Shown piece by piece: positions 45,087 through 55,587 of a stretch of 64,000 nucleotides of DNA (position 1 is the stretch's first letter; each line of letters begins with the position of its first letter). A model generated the notes under the pieces. The model was not told where the DNA came from and searched no databases. It worked only from the letters and a program-made list of their open reading frames with translations. The translations under genes and the position numbers were made by a program. The DNA is from Eubacteriales bacterium. GTDB taxonomy: Bacteria; Bacillota; Clostridia; Oscillospirales; CAG-272. The DNA lies in contig JAZSHY010000014.1 in the NCBI GenBank assembly GCA_045533505.1, positions 28,361 through 92,360 of the forward strand. The letters are read 5' to 3'.

Positions 45087-47258
45087 ATGGACATCATCAA
45101 AACCCTTGCCAGCGAACTGAACCTCTCTGCCGATAAGGTAGAAAAGACCGTCGCCCTCATTGACGAGGGCAACACCATTCCCTTCATCGCCCGTTACCGT
45201 AAGGAGGTGACAGGCTCGCTCGACGATATCACCCTGCGCGCCCTGAGTGACCGCCTCACCTACCTCCGCAAGCTGGATGAGAGACGGGCCGAAATCGCAA
45301 GTGCCATAGAGGGGCAGGGGAAGCTGACCGAGGAAATCACGCACGCCCTCTCGCTCGCCACTACCCTTGTGGAGCTTGAGGACATCTACCGTCCCTACAA
45401 GCAAAAGCGGCGCACCCGTGCCTCGATTGCGCGTGAGCGCGGCCTTGCCCCGCTTGCCGAATACCTGATGAGTCAGCCCTCCGCCCCCGAGCGCGCCGCC
45501 GAGGAGGAGGCCGCCCTCTATATCAATGAGGAAAAGGGAGTGCCCGATGCCGCTGCGGCCCTGGCAGGTGCCTCCGACATTATCGCCGAGGACATTTCGG
45601 ACAATGCCGAATGCCGCAAGCTCCTCCGTGATTTTGCCTTTGAGGAGGCCGTCCTGGAAACCTCGCTCACCGACGAGGAAAAGGAAAATGCCAAAATCTA
45701 TGCCGATTACGCCGAATACCGCGAGAGCGTGCGCACCGTCAAGGGGCACCGCGTGCTTGCCATCACGAGAGGGGAGCGCGAGGAATGCCTGAAGGTCACC
45801 ATGACGCTTCCGCGCGAGGCCGCCACGGCGCGCCTTGCCTCACGCGTGATTGTCAATAAGGAAACTCCCTTCCTGCCGCTGCTTCTCGCGGCCCTCACCG
45901 ACAGCTATGACCGCCTCATCTTCCCCTCCCTTGAGCGCGAGGTGCGTGCCGAGCTTTTCGACACGGCAAGCGAGGAGGCCCTCCTCGTCTTTGCCGACAA
46001 CCTGCGGCACCTCCTGCTCGCCGCCCCTCTCAAGGGGAAAACCGTCCTCGGCTATGACCCCGGCTACCGCACGGGCTGCAAGCTTGCCGTGGTGGACAAG
46101 ACGGGCAAGGTGCTGGACACCGCCGTCATCTACCCCACAAAGCCGCGCGAGGAGACCGAAAAGAGCCGACGGCTGGTGCTGCGCCTGATTGACGCCTACA
46201 AGATTGACGTCATCGCCATCGGCAACGGCACCGCCTCCCGCGAGAGCGAGGCCTTTATCGCCGACACCCTCCGCGAATGCGAAAGAAAGGTTTCCTACAC
46301 CATCGTTTCGGAGGCAGGGGCCAGCGTCTACTCCGCCTCCCCCCTTGCCGCCGAGGAGTTCCCCGACTTCGACGTGACCGAGCGCTCCGCCGTTTCGATT
46401 GCGCGCCGCCTGCAGGACCCCCTTGCCGAGCTTGTGAAGATTGACCCGAAATCCATCGGTGTCGGCCAATACCAGCATGACATGAAGCAGAACCGTCTGA
46501 CCGAGGCTCTTGACGGCGTGGTGGAGGACTGCGTCAACAGCGTGGGCGTTGACCTGAACACCGCCTCCTTCTCGCTCCTCTCGCATATCGCGGGCATAGG
46601 CGCGACAGCCGCCAAGAACATCGTGAGCTACCGCGAGGAGCACGGTGAATTCCGCAGCCGCGCGGCCATTCTCAAGGTGCCGAAAATCGGCCAGAAGGCC
46701 TTCCAGCAGTGCGCGGGCTTCCTTCGCGTTTCGGGCGGGGACGAGGTCCTCGATTCGACAGGCGTTCACCCCGAATCCTATCCCGTGGCACGTGCCCTCC
46801 TCGCCGAATTCGGCATGGAGGAGTCCGAAATCCGCGCGGGCGGCGTCACCTCCCTGCGTGCGCTTGCCATGGCACGCGGCACCGCAAAGCTCGCAAAAAA
46901 GCTCGGCTGCGGCGAGCCCACCCTCCTCGATATCATCGGGGAGCTGGAGAAGCCCGGGCGCGACCTGCGCGACGATGCCCCTGCCCCCATTCTCCGCACC
47001 GACGTGCTTTCGGTGGACGACCTTGAGGAGGGCATGCTCCTTAAGGGCACCGTTCGCAACGTGGTCGCCTTTGGTGCCTTTGTGGACATCGGCGTCCACG
47101 ACGACGGGCTCCTGCACGTTTCGGAAATGAGTGACCGCTTTGTCAAAAACCCCGCCGACGTCCTGAAGGTGGGTGACGTCATTGAGGTCCGTATCAAAAG
47201 CGTGGACAAAAAGCGCGGGCGCATCTCCCTCACGCGAAAAACGCCAAAGGGCAATTGA
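45087..47258 (+). CDS. tex: Tex-like transcription accessory protein (YqgF/HhH/S1 domains)
   Basis: Start at ATG 45087 (RBS AAAGGAG) inside the listed ORF 45006... The N-terminus is IPFIARYRKE. The central region is YqgF-like and the C-terminal S1 domain reads GMLLKGTVRNVVAFGAFVDIGVHDDGLLHVSEM. Confidence 0.9.
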   Translation: MDIIKTLASELNLSADKVEKTVALIDEGNTIPFIARYRKEVTGSLDDITLRALSDRLTYLRKLDERRAEIASAIEGQGKLTEEITHALSLATTLVELEDIYRPYKQKRRTRASIARERGLAPLAEYLMSQPSAPERAAEEEAALYINEEKGVPDAAAALAGASDIIAEDISDNAECRKLLRDFAFEEAVLETSLTDEEKENAKIYADYAEYRESVRTVKGHRVLAITRGEREECLKVTMTLPREAATARLASRVIVNKETPFLPLLLAALTDSYDRLIFPSLEREVRAELFDTASEEALLVFADNLRHLLLAAPLKGKTVLGYDPGYRTGCKLAVVDKTGKVLDTAVIYPTKPREETEKSRRLVLRLIDAYKIDVIAIGNGTASRESEAFIADTLRECERKVSYTIVSEAGASVYSASPLAAEEFPDFDVTERSAVSIARRLQDPLAELVKIDPKSIGVGQYQHDMKQNRLTEALDGVVEDCVNSVGVDLNTASFSLLSHIAGIGATAAKNIVSYREEHGEFRSRAAILKVPKIGQKAFQQCAGFLRVSGGDEVLDSTGVHPESYPVARALLAEFGMEESEIRAGGVTSLRALAMARGTAKLAKKLGCGEPTLLDIIGELEKPGRDLRDDAPAPILRTDVLSVDDLEEGMLLKGTVRNVVAFGAFVDIGVHDDGLLHVSEMSDRFVKNPADVLKVGDVIEVRIKSVDKKRGRISLTRKTPKGN

Positions 47259-47438
47259 AGCTAATTTATTAGAGGCTCAAACGGCGCGCCCTTCGTACCG
47301 TTTCGTGAAATCCGAGCGTTTTTGTGCAATATGAACAAAAGAAGGATAGAAAGTTCAGAGGGTTGCCCTCTTCCCAAACCGACTTTTTTCTGCTATAATA
47401 GGCGGTAAGGAATTTAACTTTTTTGAAGGAGAACGCAA

Positions 47439-48572
47439 ATGGCAAGTCTTTCGCTCAAGCACATCTATAAGAAATATCCCGGCGGCGTTACCGCTGTTTC
47501 GGATTTTAACCTTGAAATCAAGGACAAGGAGTTCCTTATCCTCGTCGGCCCCTCGGGCTGCGGTAAGTCAACCACCCTCCGTATGATTGCCGGCCTTGAG
47601 GAAATCTCCGAGGGCGAGCTCTGGATTGGGGATACCCTCGTCAACGACGTGGCCCCGAAGGACCGCGACATCGCGATGGTGTTCCAGAACTATGCTCTTT
47701 ATCCTCACATGACCGTGTTTGAAAACATGGCCTTCGGCCTTAAGCTCCGCAAGGTGCCGAAGGAGGAAATCAAGCGCCGCGTGGAGGAGGCCGCCCGCAT
47801 TCTTGACATCAACCACCTCCTTGAGCGCCGCCCGAAGGCTCTTTCCGGCGGTCAGAAGCAGCGTGTTGCCCTTGGTCGTGCCATCGTGCGCAATCCGAAG
47901 GTCTTCCTTCTTGACGAGCCGCTTTCCAACCTTGACGCTAAGCTCCGCGCCTCGATGAGAACCGAGCTCACGAAGCTTCATAAGAAGGTGGAAACCACCT
48001 TTGTTTACGTTACCCACGACCAGGTTGAGGCTATGACCATGGCCACCCGCATCGTCGTTATGAAGGACGGTCTTATCCAGCAGGTGGATACGCCTCAGAA
48101 CCTCTACGATTTCCCTGTGAACCTCTTTGTCGCAGGCTTCATCGGCACGCCGCAGATGAACTTCATCACGGCAAAGCTTGTGGAGGAGGGCAGCGACCTC
48201 TTCGTCACCTTCGGCAGCAACAAGATTAAGGTGCCCGCCGAAAAGGCCAACAACCCCGCGATTAAGGAATACATCGGCCAGGAGGTTGTGGTAGGCATTC
48301 GTCCCGAGTGCCTCTACGATGACCCTGCCCACATTGCCTCCATGCCCGACAGTATTATCGAGGCCGGTGTTGAGGTCACCGAGCTTATGGGTGCTGAAAT
48401 TTATCTCTATCTGAGCTTTGACGGCCAGGAGGACGCCACCAACGGCAAGAATATTATTGCCCGTGTTTCCTCGCGCTCCACCTCGCGCGCAGGCGACTCC
48501 ATCCAGATTGCCTTCGAAGCCAGCAGAATGCACATCTTCGATAAGGATACAGAGCGCTGCATCGTTCACTGA
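47439..48572 (+). CDS. Sugar ABC importer ATPase of MsmX/MalK/UgpC type (no adjacent permease genes)
   Basis: Contains [32 protein letters not shown] and [12 protein letters not shown]. The C-terminal regulatory TOBE-like domain is present. An extended -10 TGCTATAAT sits at 47391-47399. Confidence 0.9.
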   Translation: MASLSLKHIYKKYPGGVTAVSDFNLEIKDKEFLILVGPSGCGKSTTLRMIAGLEEISEGELWIGDTLVNDVAPKDRDIAMVFQNYALYPHMTVFENMAFGLKLRKVPKEEIKRRVEEAARILDINHLLERRPKALSGGQKQRVALGRAIVRNPKVFLLDEPLSNLDAKLRASMRTELTKLHKKVETTFVYVTHDQVEAMTMATRIVVMKDGLIQQVDTPQNLYDFPVNLFVAGFIGTPQMNFITAKLVEEGSDLFVTFGSNKIKVPAEKANNPAIKEYIGQEVVVGIRPECLYDDPAHIASMPDSIIEAGVEVTELMGAEIYLYLSFDGQEDATNGKNIIARVSSRSTSRAGDSIQIAFEASRMHIFDKDTERCIVH

Positions 48573-48673
48573 TGCCGCAGAAAAAGCCCTCGGCCTCCTC
48601 CGCAAGGAAGGAACGCCGGGGGCTTTTTGTCGCAAGAAACCGAGGGGGCTGACACATTTTGGAACAGCCGAAG

Positions 48674-48718
48674 AAAAAAGGGGAATTGTGCTGCTTTTGC
48701 AGTGCAATTCCCTTTTTT
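48674..48718. terminator. Bidirectional terminator between the msmX-like gene and pcrA
   Basis: A-run, then GGGAATTGTGCTGC-TTTT-GCAGTGCAATTCCC (two G-U pairs), then a T-run. Confidence 0.6.
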
Positions 48719-48761
48719 CATCCACGAAGGCCGATTTACATGATGAGGGGCGAGGCCACCC

Positions 48762-51143
48762 TTACAGCCTTGTGAGCTTCGCGTAGGTGGCCATCAGCTT
48801 TTTAACCGTGCCGTCGTCAAAGCGCACCTCATAGAGAACATCTCCTCCCATCGGGCGGCAGGAAAGCACCGTCCCCGCGCCGAAAATGCCGTGTGACACG
48901 CGCTCCCCGACGGCGAAGCGAAGCAGAGCACCCGTACCGCCGCGCGGTGTGGGGGCAGACGTGGGACGGCGGAGGAATTCTCCCGAAAGCGAGGGAGAGG
49001 CAGGCTTCCTCTCGGGGAGGCGGTAGGCGGGCGCCGGACGGCGCGGCGCCTCCTCCTCCACAAGCTGCGGCGGCAGCTCCTCCTTCACAAAGCGGGAAAG
49101 AGGATTGCAGGTCGTGCGCCCGTACATCATGCGCTCACGGGTATGCGAAAGATAGAGCTTCTCCTTGGCTCTTGTGATGGCGACATAGGCAAGACGGCGC
49201 TCCTCCCCCAGCTCGTCGGGGTTGGTGCGCGACTGCGAGCCCGGGAAAAGCCCCTCCTCCATACCGGGCAGGAACACGATGGGGAATTCAAGCCCCTTGG
49301 CGCTGTGTATGGTCATCAGCACCACGGCATCGGCTCCCTCATCGTACTTGTCCACATCGCTGATAAGCGCGACCTCCTCCAGAAAGCCGACGAGGGAGGC
49401 CGTATCCCCCGCCCTCTTTTCGTATTCTGCGGCGGCAGACTGAAGCTCCCCTATATGGTCAATCCGCGTTTTGCCCGTCTCGCCCTCGGCAAGCAGCATG
49501 TCGCGGTAGCCTGTGCGCTGAAGGATATGGCCGATAAGGGAGGCAAGGTCGCACTCGGTGGCGGCCAACGAGGCGAGAAGCCCCGAGAAGGCAAGGAGAC
49601 GCGGGGCCGCCTTCGCGAGGGACGGATAGCGGTCTGCCCCGTCCAGCACGCGGCGGAGCGAAATGCCCTCCTCGCGGGCAATCGCCAGGGCCGCCTCCAC
49701 CGTGGCCGCGCCTATCTTCCGCGCCGGCTTATTGACAATACGGACAAGACGAAGGTCGTCCTCGGGGTTGGCGATGGCGTGAAGATAGGCCACCATGTCA
49801 CGGATTTCCTCGCGGTCATAGAAGCGTTGGCCGCCGAGCACGCGGTAAGGCATTCCGCTTTTCGCAAAGGCAGCCTCAAGCGAACGGGAAAGCTCGTTCA
49901 CACGGTAAAGGACGGCCACATCACGGTAACGGCGGCGGTCTCTTATGACCAAATCCATGACGGTATCCTTAATCCAAAGAGCCTCCTCGTTCTGATTTTC
50001 AGACTTATGTAAAGTTATCTTTGCGCCCTCTGGCCCGTCGCACCATAGGCTTTTTTCGTGGCGCGCCTCATTGTGGGAAATCACGGCGTTGGCCGCCGCC
50101 AGAATGGTCTTGGTGCTTCGGTAGTTCTGCTCCAGCTTCACCACCCGTGCCGTCGGATAGGTCTTGTCAAAGTTCAGAATGTTCTCCACCGTGGCACCGC
50201 GGAAGCGGTAAATGCTCTGGTCATCGTCACCCACCACCATAATGTTGCCCGAGCCCTCGGAAAGGAGGGCCGAGAGGCGGAACTGGGCATAGTTCGTGTC
50301 CTGATACTCGTCAATCAGGACGTAGCGGAATTTTTTGCGGTATTGCTCGGCAATCTCAGGGTTCTCCTCAAGAAGGCGCACGGTTTTCATAATGATGTCG
50401 TCAAAGTCGAGGGCGTTGGCGACCTCAAGCCGCTTCTGATATTCCCTGTAAATCTTAGCAATGCGGCTGAGGCGGAAGTCGCCGTGGTCGGCAAACTCGC
50501 GCGGAGACACGAGGTTGTTTTTCGCGTTGCTGATTTCCTGCATAACGCTCTTGACGGGAAGAAGCTTCTCGTCGATGTCGAGGGCCTTCATGGCATCGGC
50601 CACCACGCGCTTCTGGTCATCGGTATCGTAAATCGAAAAGCCGGGGCGGTAGCCTGCCGCCTCGGTATGGCTGCGGAGAATGCGCACTGAAACCGAATGG
50701 AAGGTGCCTGCCCAGATTGCATCGCTCACGGAGGGGTCGCCGAAGGCAGCCGAGAGCCTTTCGCGGATTTCGCGCGCCGCCTTATTGGTAAAGGTGATGG
50801 CAAGAAGCGCCCACGGCGGGCACGGCTCGTGCGTGAATTCCCCGAGGCATTCCTCAAGCTCCTCACGGGTGGCGGCCTCGGCAAAAAGCTCCATGCCCTT
50901 CACGTAGTCCTCCCCGATACCGGAGGGCACAAAATCGGTCTCATAGGCATCGCCGAAGCGTATCAGGTGGACGATACGGCGCACGAGAACGGTGGTCTTG
51001 CCGCTCCCTGCGCCCGCCAGCACAAGAAGGGGCCCGCGCTCCATGCACACAGCCTCCGCCTGACGGGGGTTCAGGGTGTATTCGTAATATTTGCGGAAGA
51101 GGGCTCTCTTCGCGGCAAGGTAACGGTCTTGCAAGCTCTGCAT
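48762..51143 (-). CDS. pcrA: ATP-dependent DNA helicase PcrA/UvrD family
   Basis: Start moved to the ATG at 51143 (MQSLQDRYL...). Contains GAGSGKTTVLVRRI, LIDEYQDTN, VGDDDQSIYRFRGA and TIHSAKGLEF. The C-terminal Tudor-like tail reads GERVSHGIFGAGTV. Confidence 0.9.
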   Translation of the reverse strand: MQSLQDRYLAAKRALFRKYYEYTLNPRQAEAVCMERGPLLVLAGAGSGKTTVLVRRIVHLIRFGDAYETDFVPSGIGEDYVKGMELFAEAATREELEECLGEFTHEPCPPWALLAITFTNKAAREIRERLSAAFGDPSVSDAIWAGTFHSVSVRILRSHTEAAGYRPGFSIYDTDDQKRVVADAMKALDIDEKLLPVKSVMQEISNAKNNLVSPREFADHGDFRLSRIAKIYREYQKRLEVANALDFDDIIMKTVRLLEENPEIAEQYRKKFRYVLIDEYQDTNYAQFRLSALLSEGSGNIMVVGDDDQSIYRFRGATVENILNFDKTYPTARVVKLEQNYRSTKTILAAANAVISHNEARHEKSLWCDGPEGAKITLHKSENQNEEALWIKDTVMDLVIRDRRRYRDVAVLYRVNELSRSLEAAFAKSGMPYRVLGGQRFYDREEIRDMVAYLHAIANPEDDLRLVRIVNKPARKIGAATVEAALAIAREEGISLRRVLDGADRYPSLAKAAPRLLAFSGLLASLAATECDLASLIGHILQRTGYRDMLLAEGETGKTRIDHIGELQSAAAEYEKRAGDTASLVGFLEEVALISDVDKYDEGADAVVLMTIHSAKGLEFPIVFLPGMEEGLFPGSQSRTNPDELGEERRLAYVAITRAKEKLYLSHTRERMMYGRTTCNPLSRFVKEELPPQLVEEEAPRRPAPAYRLPERKPASPSLSGEFLRRPTSAPTPRGGTGALLRFAVGERVSHGIFGAGTVLSCRPMGGDVLYEVRFDDGTVKKLMATYAKLTRL

Positions 51144-51243
51144 GGATATTCTCCCTGTGTTTTTACTCCTTGATATTATAGCATTTTTTGCCCCACTTTG
51201 CAAGAGCAAAACAAAAAGAGAAGGGGCCGCATATATTTATCTA

Positions 51244-51272
51244 TTGCTTTTTCCTTGGAGAAGTGCTATAAT
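51244..51272 (+). promoter_or_regulatory. Promoter TTGCTT-17-TATAAT (TGc extended -10) upstream of trkA
   Basis: TTGCTT at 51244-51249 and TATAAT at 51267-51272, preceded by TGC. Confidence 0.5.
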
Positions 51273-51321
51273 GCTAAATAACAAAATCAAGCCTTATAAG
51301 CACAGTCGGGAGGGCTTTCTT

Positions 51322-52692
51322 ATGAAAATCGTGGTGATTGGGGCAGGCACTGTGGGCTATTCCATCTGCGAGGAATTGGCCGCCGAGGGGCATGACCTCA
51401 CGGTAATCGACAGCGACACGCAGGTGCTCACCGAGCTTTCGAACACGCTTGACATCTTCGCCGTCGAGGGCAGCGGTGCCGACCTGCAGGCCCTGCGCGA
51501 GGCGGGGGTGGAGCATGCCGACCTCGTGATTGCGGTCACGGCGGGGGACGAATTGAATATTCTCTGCTGCACGGCGGCGCGCAAGTTGGGTGCAAAATAC
51601 ACGGTAGCGCGCGTGCGCAACCCCGAATATGCCGAGCTCCTGCACCTCCTTGAGGCTGACATGAACCTTTCGCTCACCATCAACCCCGAGCTTTCGGTGG
51701 CTAAGGAAATTTACCGTATGCTCCGCTTCCCCGCCGCTGCCAAAATTGATGTTTTCTGCCGAGGCCTCGTGGAGCTTGCCGAATTCGCGGTAGCAGAGGG
51801 CTCGCCTCTCGCGGGCGCCACACTGACCGAGCTCCGCGCACGAATCCCCGTAGGCTTTCTGGTCTGCGGCGTGCTTCGCGACGGTGAAACCTACATTCCT
51901 ACGGGTGATTTCCGCCTGATGGCGGGTGACGTCCTCTGTGTAACGGCCTCGGAGCAGGATATTGCCGCCTTCTTCAAGGCGGTAGGCATGTACCGCCACC
52001 CCATTCACAGCGTTCTGATTGCAGGCGGAGGAAGCATCACCTATTATCTTGAGGAGCTGCTCCGCGGAGAGAAGATACGCATGAGCTCCACCGTCATTGA
52101 AAAGGACAAGGCGCGCTGTTCCCTCCTCGCCGAAAAAACCAATGCCACCGTGATTTGCGATGCCCACACCAATCAGGAAACGCTCGAAAGAGAGGGGCTT
52201 GAGCGCGCCGACGCCTTCCTCGCCCTTGCCGATATCGACGAGGAAAACGCCATCGTGTCGCTCTACGCCAAGGCCCTCGGCGTTCCCAAGATTATCACAC
52301 TTATCCGCCGTCTTTCGTACATTGACTTTTTCAAAAGCGCGGGGCTTGAAAGCATCGTCTCGCCAAAATCCTCTACGGTAGCGCAAATTCTTCGCTACGT
52401 GCGTGCCCTTGCTCCCGCCAAGGACCATTCGCAGATTGAAACACTTTACAAGCTGATGGACGGAAGCGTGGAGGCACTGGAGCTGCTTGTCAAGGAGGAG
52501 GTTCCCTCTCTCACGGGCATTCCCCTCCGTGACCTCGACACGGCGGAGGGGCTGCTCCTCGCCTGCATAGTCAGGGAGGACAAGGTCATTCTCCCCACGG
52601 GTAACGATGTCATTCTGAAGGGCGACACCGTCGTGGTCGTCACCTCCTCGGGACGGCAAACCGAAAGCATAGGAGACATCATAAAGAAATGA
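51322..52692 (+). CDS. trkA: Trk system potassium uptake protein TrkA (two RCK/NAD-binding repeats)
   Basis: ATG at 51322 inside the listed ORF 51142... Begins MKIVVIGAGTVGYSICEELA. A second repeat reads VLIAGGGSITYYL. Confidence 0.9.
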   Translation: MKIVVIGAGTVGYSICEELAAEGHDLTVIDSDTQVLTELSNTLDIFAVEGSGADLQALREAGVEHADLVIAVTAGDELNILCCTAARKLGAKYTVARVRNPEYAELLHLLEADMNLSLTINPELSVAKEIYRMLRFPAAAKIDVFCRGLVELAEFAVAEGSPLAGATLTELRARIPVGFLVCGVLRDGETYIPTGDFRLMAGDVLCVTASEQDIAAFFKAVGMYRHPIHSVLIAGGGSITYYLEELLRGEKIRMSSTVIEKDKARCSLLAEKTNATVICDAHTNQETLEREGLERADAFLALADIDEENAIVSLYAKALGVPKIITLIRRLSYIDFFKSAGLESIVSPKSSTVAQILRYVRALAPAKDHSQIETLYKLMDGSVEALELLVKEEVPSLTGIPLRDLDTAEGLLLACIVREDKVILPTGNDVILKGDTVVVVTSSGRQTESIGDIIKK

Positions 52693-54128
52693 ACCTGCGT
52701 ATGCTCGGATACCTCTTCGGTGTCCTTATGACAATTGAGGCCTCCTTCCTCCTTCTGCCTCTTTTGACGGCGGCTGTGTACGGCGAGAGCGTTCTCCCCT
52801 TTCTCTATACCGTTATCATGGCACTCGCACTCGCCCTTCCCCTTATCCTGCTTCGCCCGCGTGACCGCCGCTTCTATGCGCGCGAGGGCTTTGTGGCGGT
52901 GGCAGGCTCCTGGATTCTGCTCTCGCTTATCGGAGCCTTCCCCTTCGTGTTCTCGGGTGCCATTCCACACTATATAGATGCCTTCTTTGAGACCGTTTCG
53001 GGCTTTACCACCACGGGTGCCACCGTTCTTCGCGAAATCGAGAGCCTGCCGCGCAGTATTCTTCTCTGGCGGAGCTTTACCCACTGGGTGGGAGGCATGG
53101 GGGTTCTCGTGCTGATGCTTGCCATTCTCCCCGCCGACAACAGCCGCGCCATGCATCTGCTCCGTGCGGAGGTGCCGGGGCCTACCAAGGGCAAGCTCGT
53201 GCCGCGCCTGCGCGAAACCGCAAAAATTCTTTACGGCCTCTATCTTGTGCTCACCCTCCTTGAGCTGCTCGCCCTTCTCATCGCGGGGCTTCCCTTCTAC
53301 GATGCCCTTGTCACCGCCCTTTCCACGGCGGGCACGGGCGGCTTTTCGGTGATGAACGCTTCGGTGGCCGGCTACGAAAATCCTGCTGCCGAATGGATTA
53401 TTGCCGTCTTTATGCTGCTTTTCGGCATCAACTTCAACCTCTATTTCTTTCTTCTGCTCGGCAAATTCAGGTCGGTTCTCCGAAACGAGGAGCTCCGCAC
53501 CTATCTCCTGATTGCGCTGGCGGCAACTGCTGTAATTGCAGTCAATATACTCCCCCTTTACGAAGGCCTCGGAGGTGCACTGCGGGCTTCTTTCTTCCAG
53601 GTGGCCTCCATTATGTCCACCACGGGCTTTGTGACGGCAGACTTCTCCCTATGGCCCATGCTATCCAAAGGACTTCTGCTTCTTCTTATGCTGACGGGGG
53701 CCTCAGCAGGCTCCACGGCAGGCGGACTTAAAATTTCACGCGTGATTATCCTCTGCAAGAATGCCGTGCGCGAGGTGAAGCACATTCTGCGTCCTCGCTC
53801 GGTCAACGTCACCCGTCTTGACGGCGTGGCGCTCCCCGAGGAAACCGTCAGAGCCACGAGCACCTATCTGACGCTCTACCTCGCGGTTCTTCTTTCCTCG
53901 GCACTCCTTGTGTCGTTTGACGGGCTCCCTGTGGATATCACCTTCTCGGCCTCGCTTACCTGCCTCAGCAACGTGGGGCCGGGGCTCGGGGCTTTGGGCC
54001 CTGTCGGAAATTTTGCCGACCTCTCCTTCTTCTCGAAGCTCGTCCTTTCGCTCGAAATGCTGTTTGGCAGACTGGAAATATTCCCCCTGCTCGTCCTCTT
54101 CTCTCCCTCTACCTGGAGAAAAATGTGA
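52689..54128 (+). CDS. trkH: Trk-type potassium transporter membrane subunit TrkH
   Basis: 479 aa, polytopic. The repeated selectivity-filter-like motifs TTTGATV, STAGTGGF, MSTTGF and SAGSTAGG are present. ATGA overlap with trkA. Confidence 0.9.
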   Translation: MNLRMLGYLFGVLMTIEASFLLLPLLTAAVYGESVLPFLYTVIMALALALPLILLRPRDRRFYAREGFVAVAGSWILLSLIGAFPFVFSGAIPHYIDAFFETVSGFTTTGATVLREIESLPRSILLWRSFTHWVGGMGVLVLMLAILPADNSRAMHLLRAEVPGPTKGKLVPRLRETAKILYGLYLVLTLLELLALLIAGLPFYDALVTALSTAGTGGFSVMNASVAGYENPAAEWIIAVFMLLFGINFNLYFFLLLGKFRSVLRNEELRTYLLIALAATAVIAVNILPLYEGLGGALRASFFQVASIMSTTGFVTADFSLWPMLSKGLLLLLMLTGASAGSTAGGLKISRVIILCKNAVREVKHILRPRSVNVTRLDGVALPEETVRATSTYLTLYLAVLLSSALLVSFDGLPVDITFSASLTCLSNVGPGLGALGPVGNFADLSFFSKLVLSLEMLFGRLEIFPLLVLFSPSTWRKM

Positions 54129-54393
54129 TGTGCCCCCGCGGGAAAGCACCCGTATGCGCTTGCTTTCAAAACGGCAAGGTCCCTCCTCTTTTTTGTGCAT
54201 AATGATTCAAAAAAGACGGGAGTTTTTGGTGCTTTTTCATATAGAAATTGCCCCGAAAAGTTGTTATAATGTTATAATGAATATGTTTTGTGTCCCTCCT
54301 CCCTGCGGAGAGGATACCTCTATGCATTTTACGGGCCTCCGTGTCCCGCCGTCCCTATCCCGGTTTTCAATTTCTTTCTAAGAGGAGTGCTTT

Positions 54394-55587
54394 ATGTCTT
54401 CGTTACTGAAAAAATGCCGTGAGTTCACCCGAGCCGATGACATTCGTGCCATGGGGCTGTATCCTTATTTCCATGAGCTCGAATCCCGTCAGGATGCCGA
54501 AGTGGTTATGGAGGGGGCGCGGCGCATCATGCTCGGCTCGAACAACTACCTTGGCCTTACGGTGCATCCCGAGGTGACCGCCGCCGCCGAGGAGGCCATT
54601 CGCCAACTGGGCACGGGCTGCTCGGGCTCACGCTTTCTGAACGGCACCCTCGCTCTCCACGTGAAGCTTGAACGGGAGCTTGCCGATTTTGTCGAAAAGG
54701 AGGAGGCCGTCACCTTCTCGACGGGCTTTCAGTCCAACCTCGGCATTATCGGAACGGTTGCCGCCCCCGGCGACTATATCCTCTGTGACAGAGAGAACCA
54801 TGCCTCGATTTATGACGGCTGCAAGCTTTCGGGCGCAAAGACAACCGTCTACCGCCACGGAAACATGGACATGCTGGAAAAGAAGCTTTCGGAAATCCCG
54901 GAGGGGGCGGGTAAGCTCATTGTGACAGACGGTGTCTTCTCCATGAGCGGTGATATCGCCAAGCTCCCCGACATTGTGGAGCTTGCCGAAAAATACGATG
55001 CCTCTATTCTCGTGGACGATGCCCACGGTCTCGGCGTCATCGGGCGCGGAGGACGCGGCACCGCCGACCACTTCGGCCTCACCGACAAGGTGGATATGAT
55101 TATGGGCACCTTTTCGAAGTCCCTTGCCTCGCTTGGCGGCTTTATGGCCTCCTCGCACCTGATTGCCGAATACATACGCCACACCTCGCGTCCCTTTATC
55201 TTCTCGGCCTCCATTCCTCCTGCCGCCTGTGCCACGGCCCTGGCCTCTCTTTCGGTCATCCGCCGCCACCCCGAGCTTGTCACACGGCTTTCGGAGCTTG
55301 CCGCGCATCTTAAGGAGCAGCTGACGGCGCGCGGTGTGCCGATTACCCATGCCCCTACCCCGATTGTTCCCATTCACACCAAGGATACGGTAACCACGCT
55401 TCGGGTTGCCAAGACGCTTTACGAGCGCGGTGTGTATGTAAACCCCGTCCTTCCTCCCGCCACCTCTCCCGACGATTGCCTCCTCCGTGTGAGCCTTATG
55501 GCCTCGCACACCGAGGCTCTCCTGGACGAGGCCGCCGACATTATTGCCAAAACCCTTGAGGAAGAGGGACTTCTCCATGCCGAATAA
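54394..55587 (+). CDS. Alpha-oxoamine synthase family PLP enzyme (serine palmitoyltransferase / KBL / BioF-like)
   Basis: 397 aa. Contains LGSNNYLGL, GSRFLNGT, FSTGFQSN, VDDAHGLG and the PLP lysine in GTFSKSL. It aligns by eye along its whole length with the remembered Sphingomonas SPT. Confidence 0.85.
   Translation: MSSLLKKCREFTRADDIRAMGLYPYFHELESRQDAEVVMEGARRIMLGSNNYLGLTVHPEVTAAAEEAIRQLGTGCSGSRFLNGTLALHVKLERELADFVEKEEAVTFSTGFQSNLGIIGTVAAPGDYILCDRENHASIYDGCKLSGAKTTVYRHGNMDMLEKKLSEIPEGAGKLIVTDGVFSMSGDIAKLPDIVELAEKYDASILVDDAHGLGVIGRGGRGTADHFGLTDKVDMIMGTFSKSLASLGGFMASSHLIAEYIRHTSRPFIFSASIPPAACATALASLSVIRRHPELVTRLSELAAHLKEQLTARGVPITHAPTPIVPIHTKDTVTTLRVAKTLYERGVYVNPVLPPATSPDDCLLRVSLMASHTEALLDEAADIIAKTLEEEGLLHAE

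Noticed and set aside
51144-51321. A c-di-AMP (ydaO-type) riboswitch upstream of trkA-trkH.
   Set aside because: The divergent spacer is short and AT-rich. It is fully accounted for by a TTGCTT-17-TATAAT promoter and an RBS. No ACGGGGA or GGGGUGAAUC-type motifs are present.
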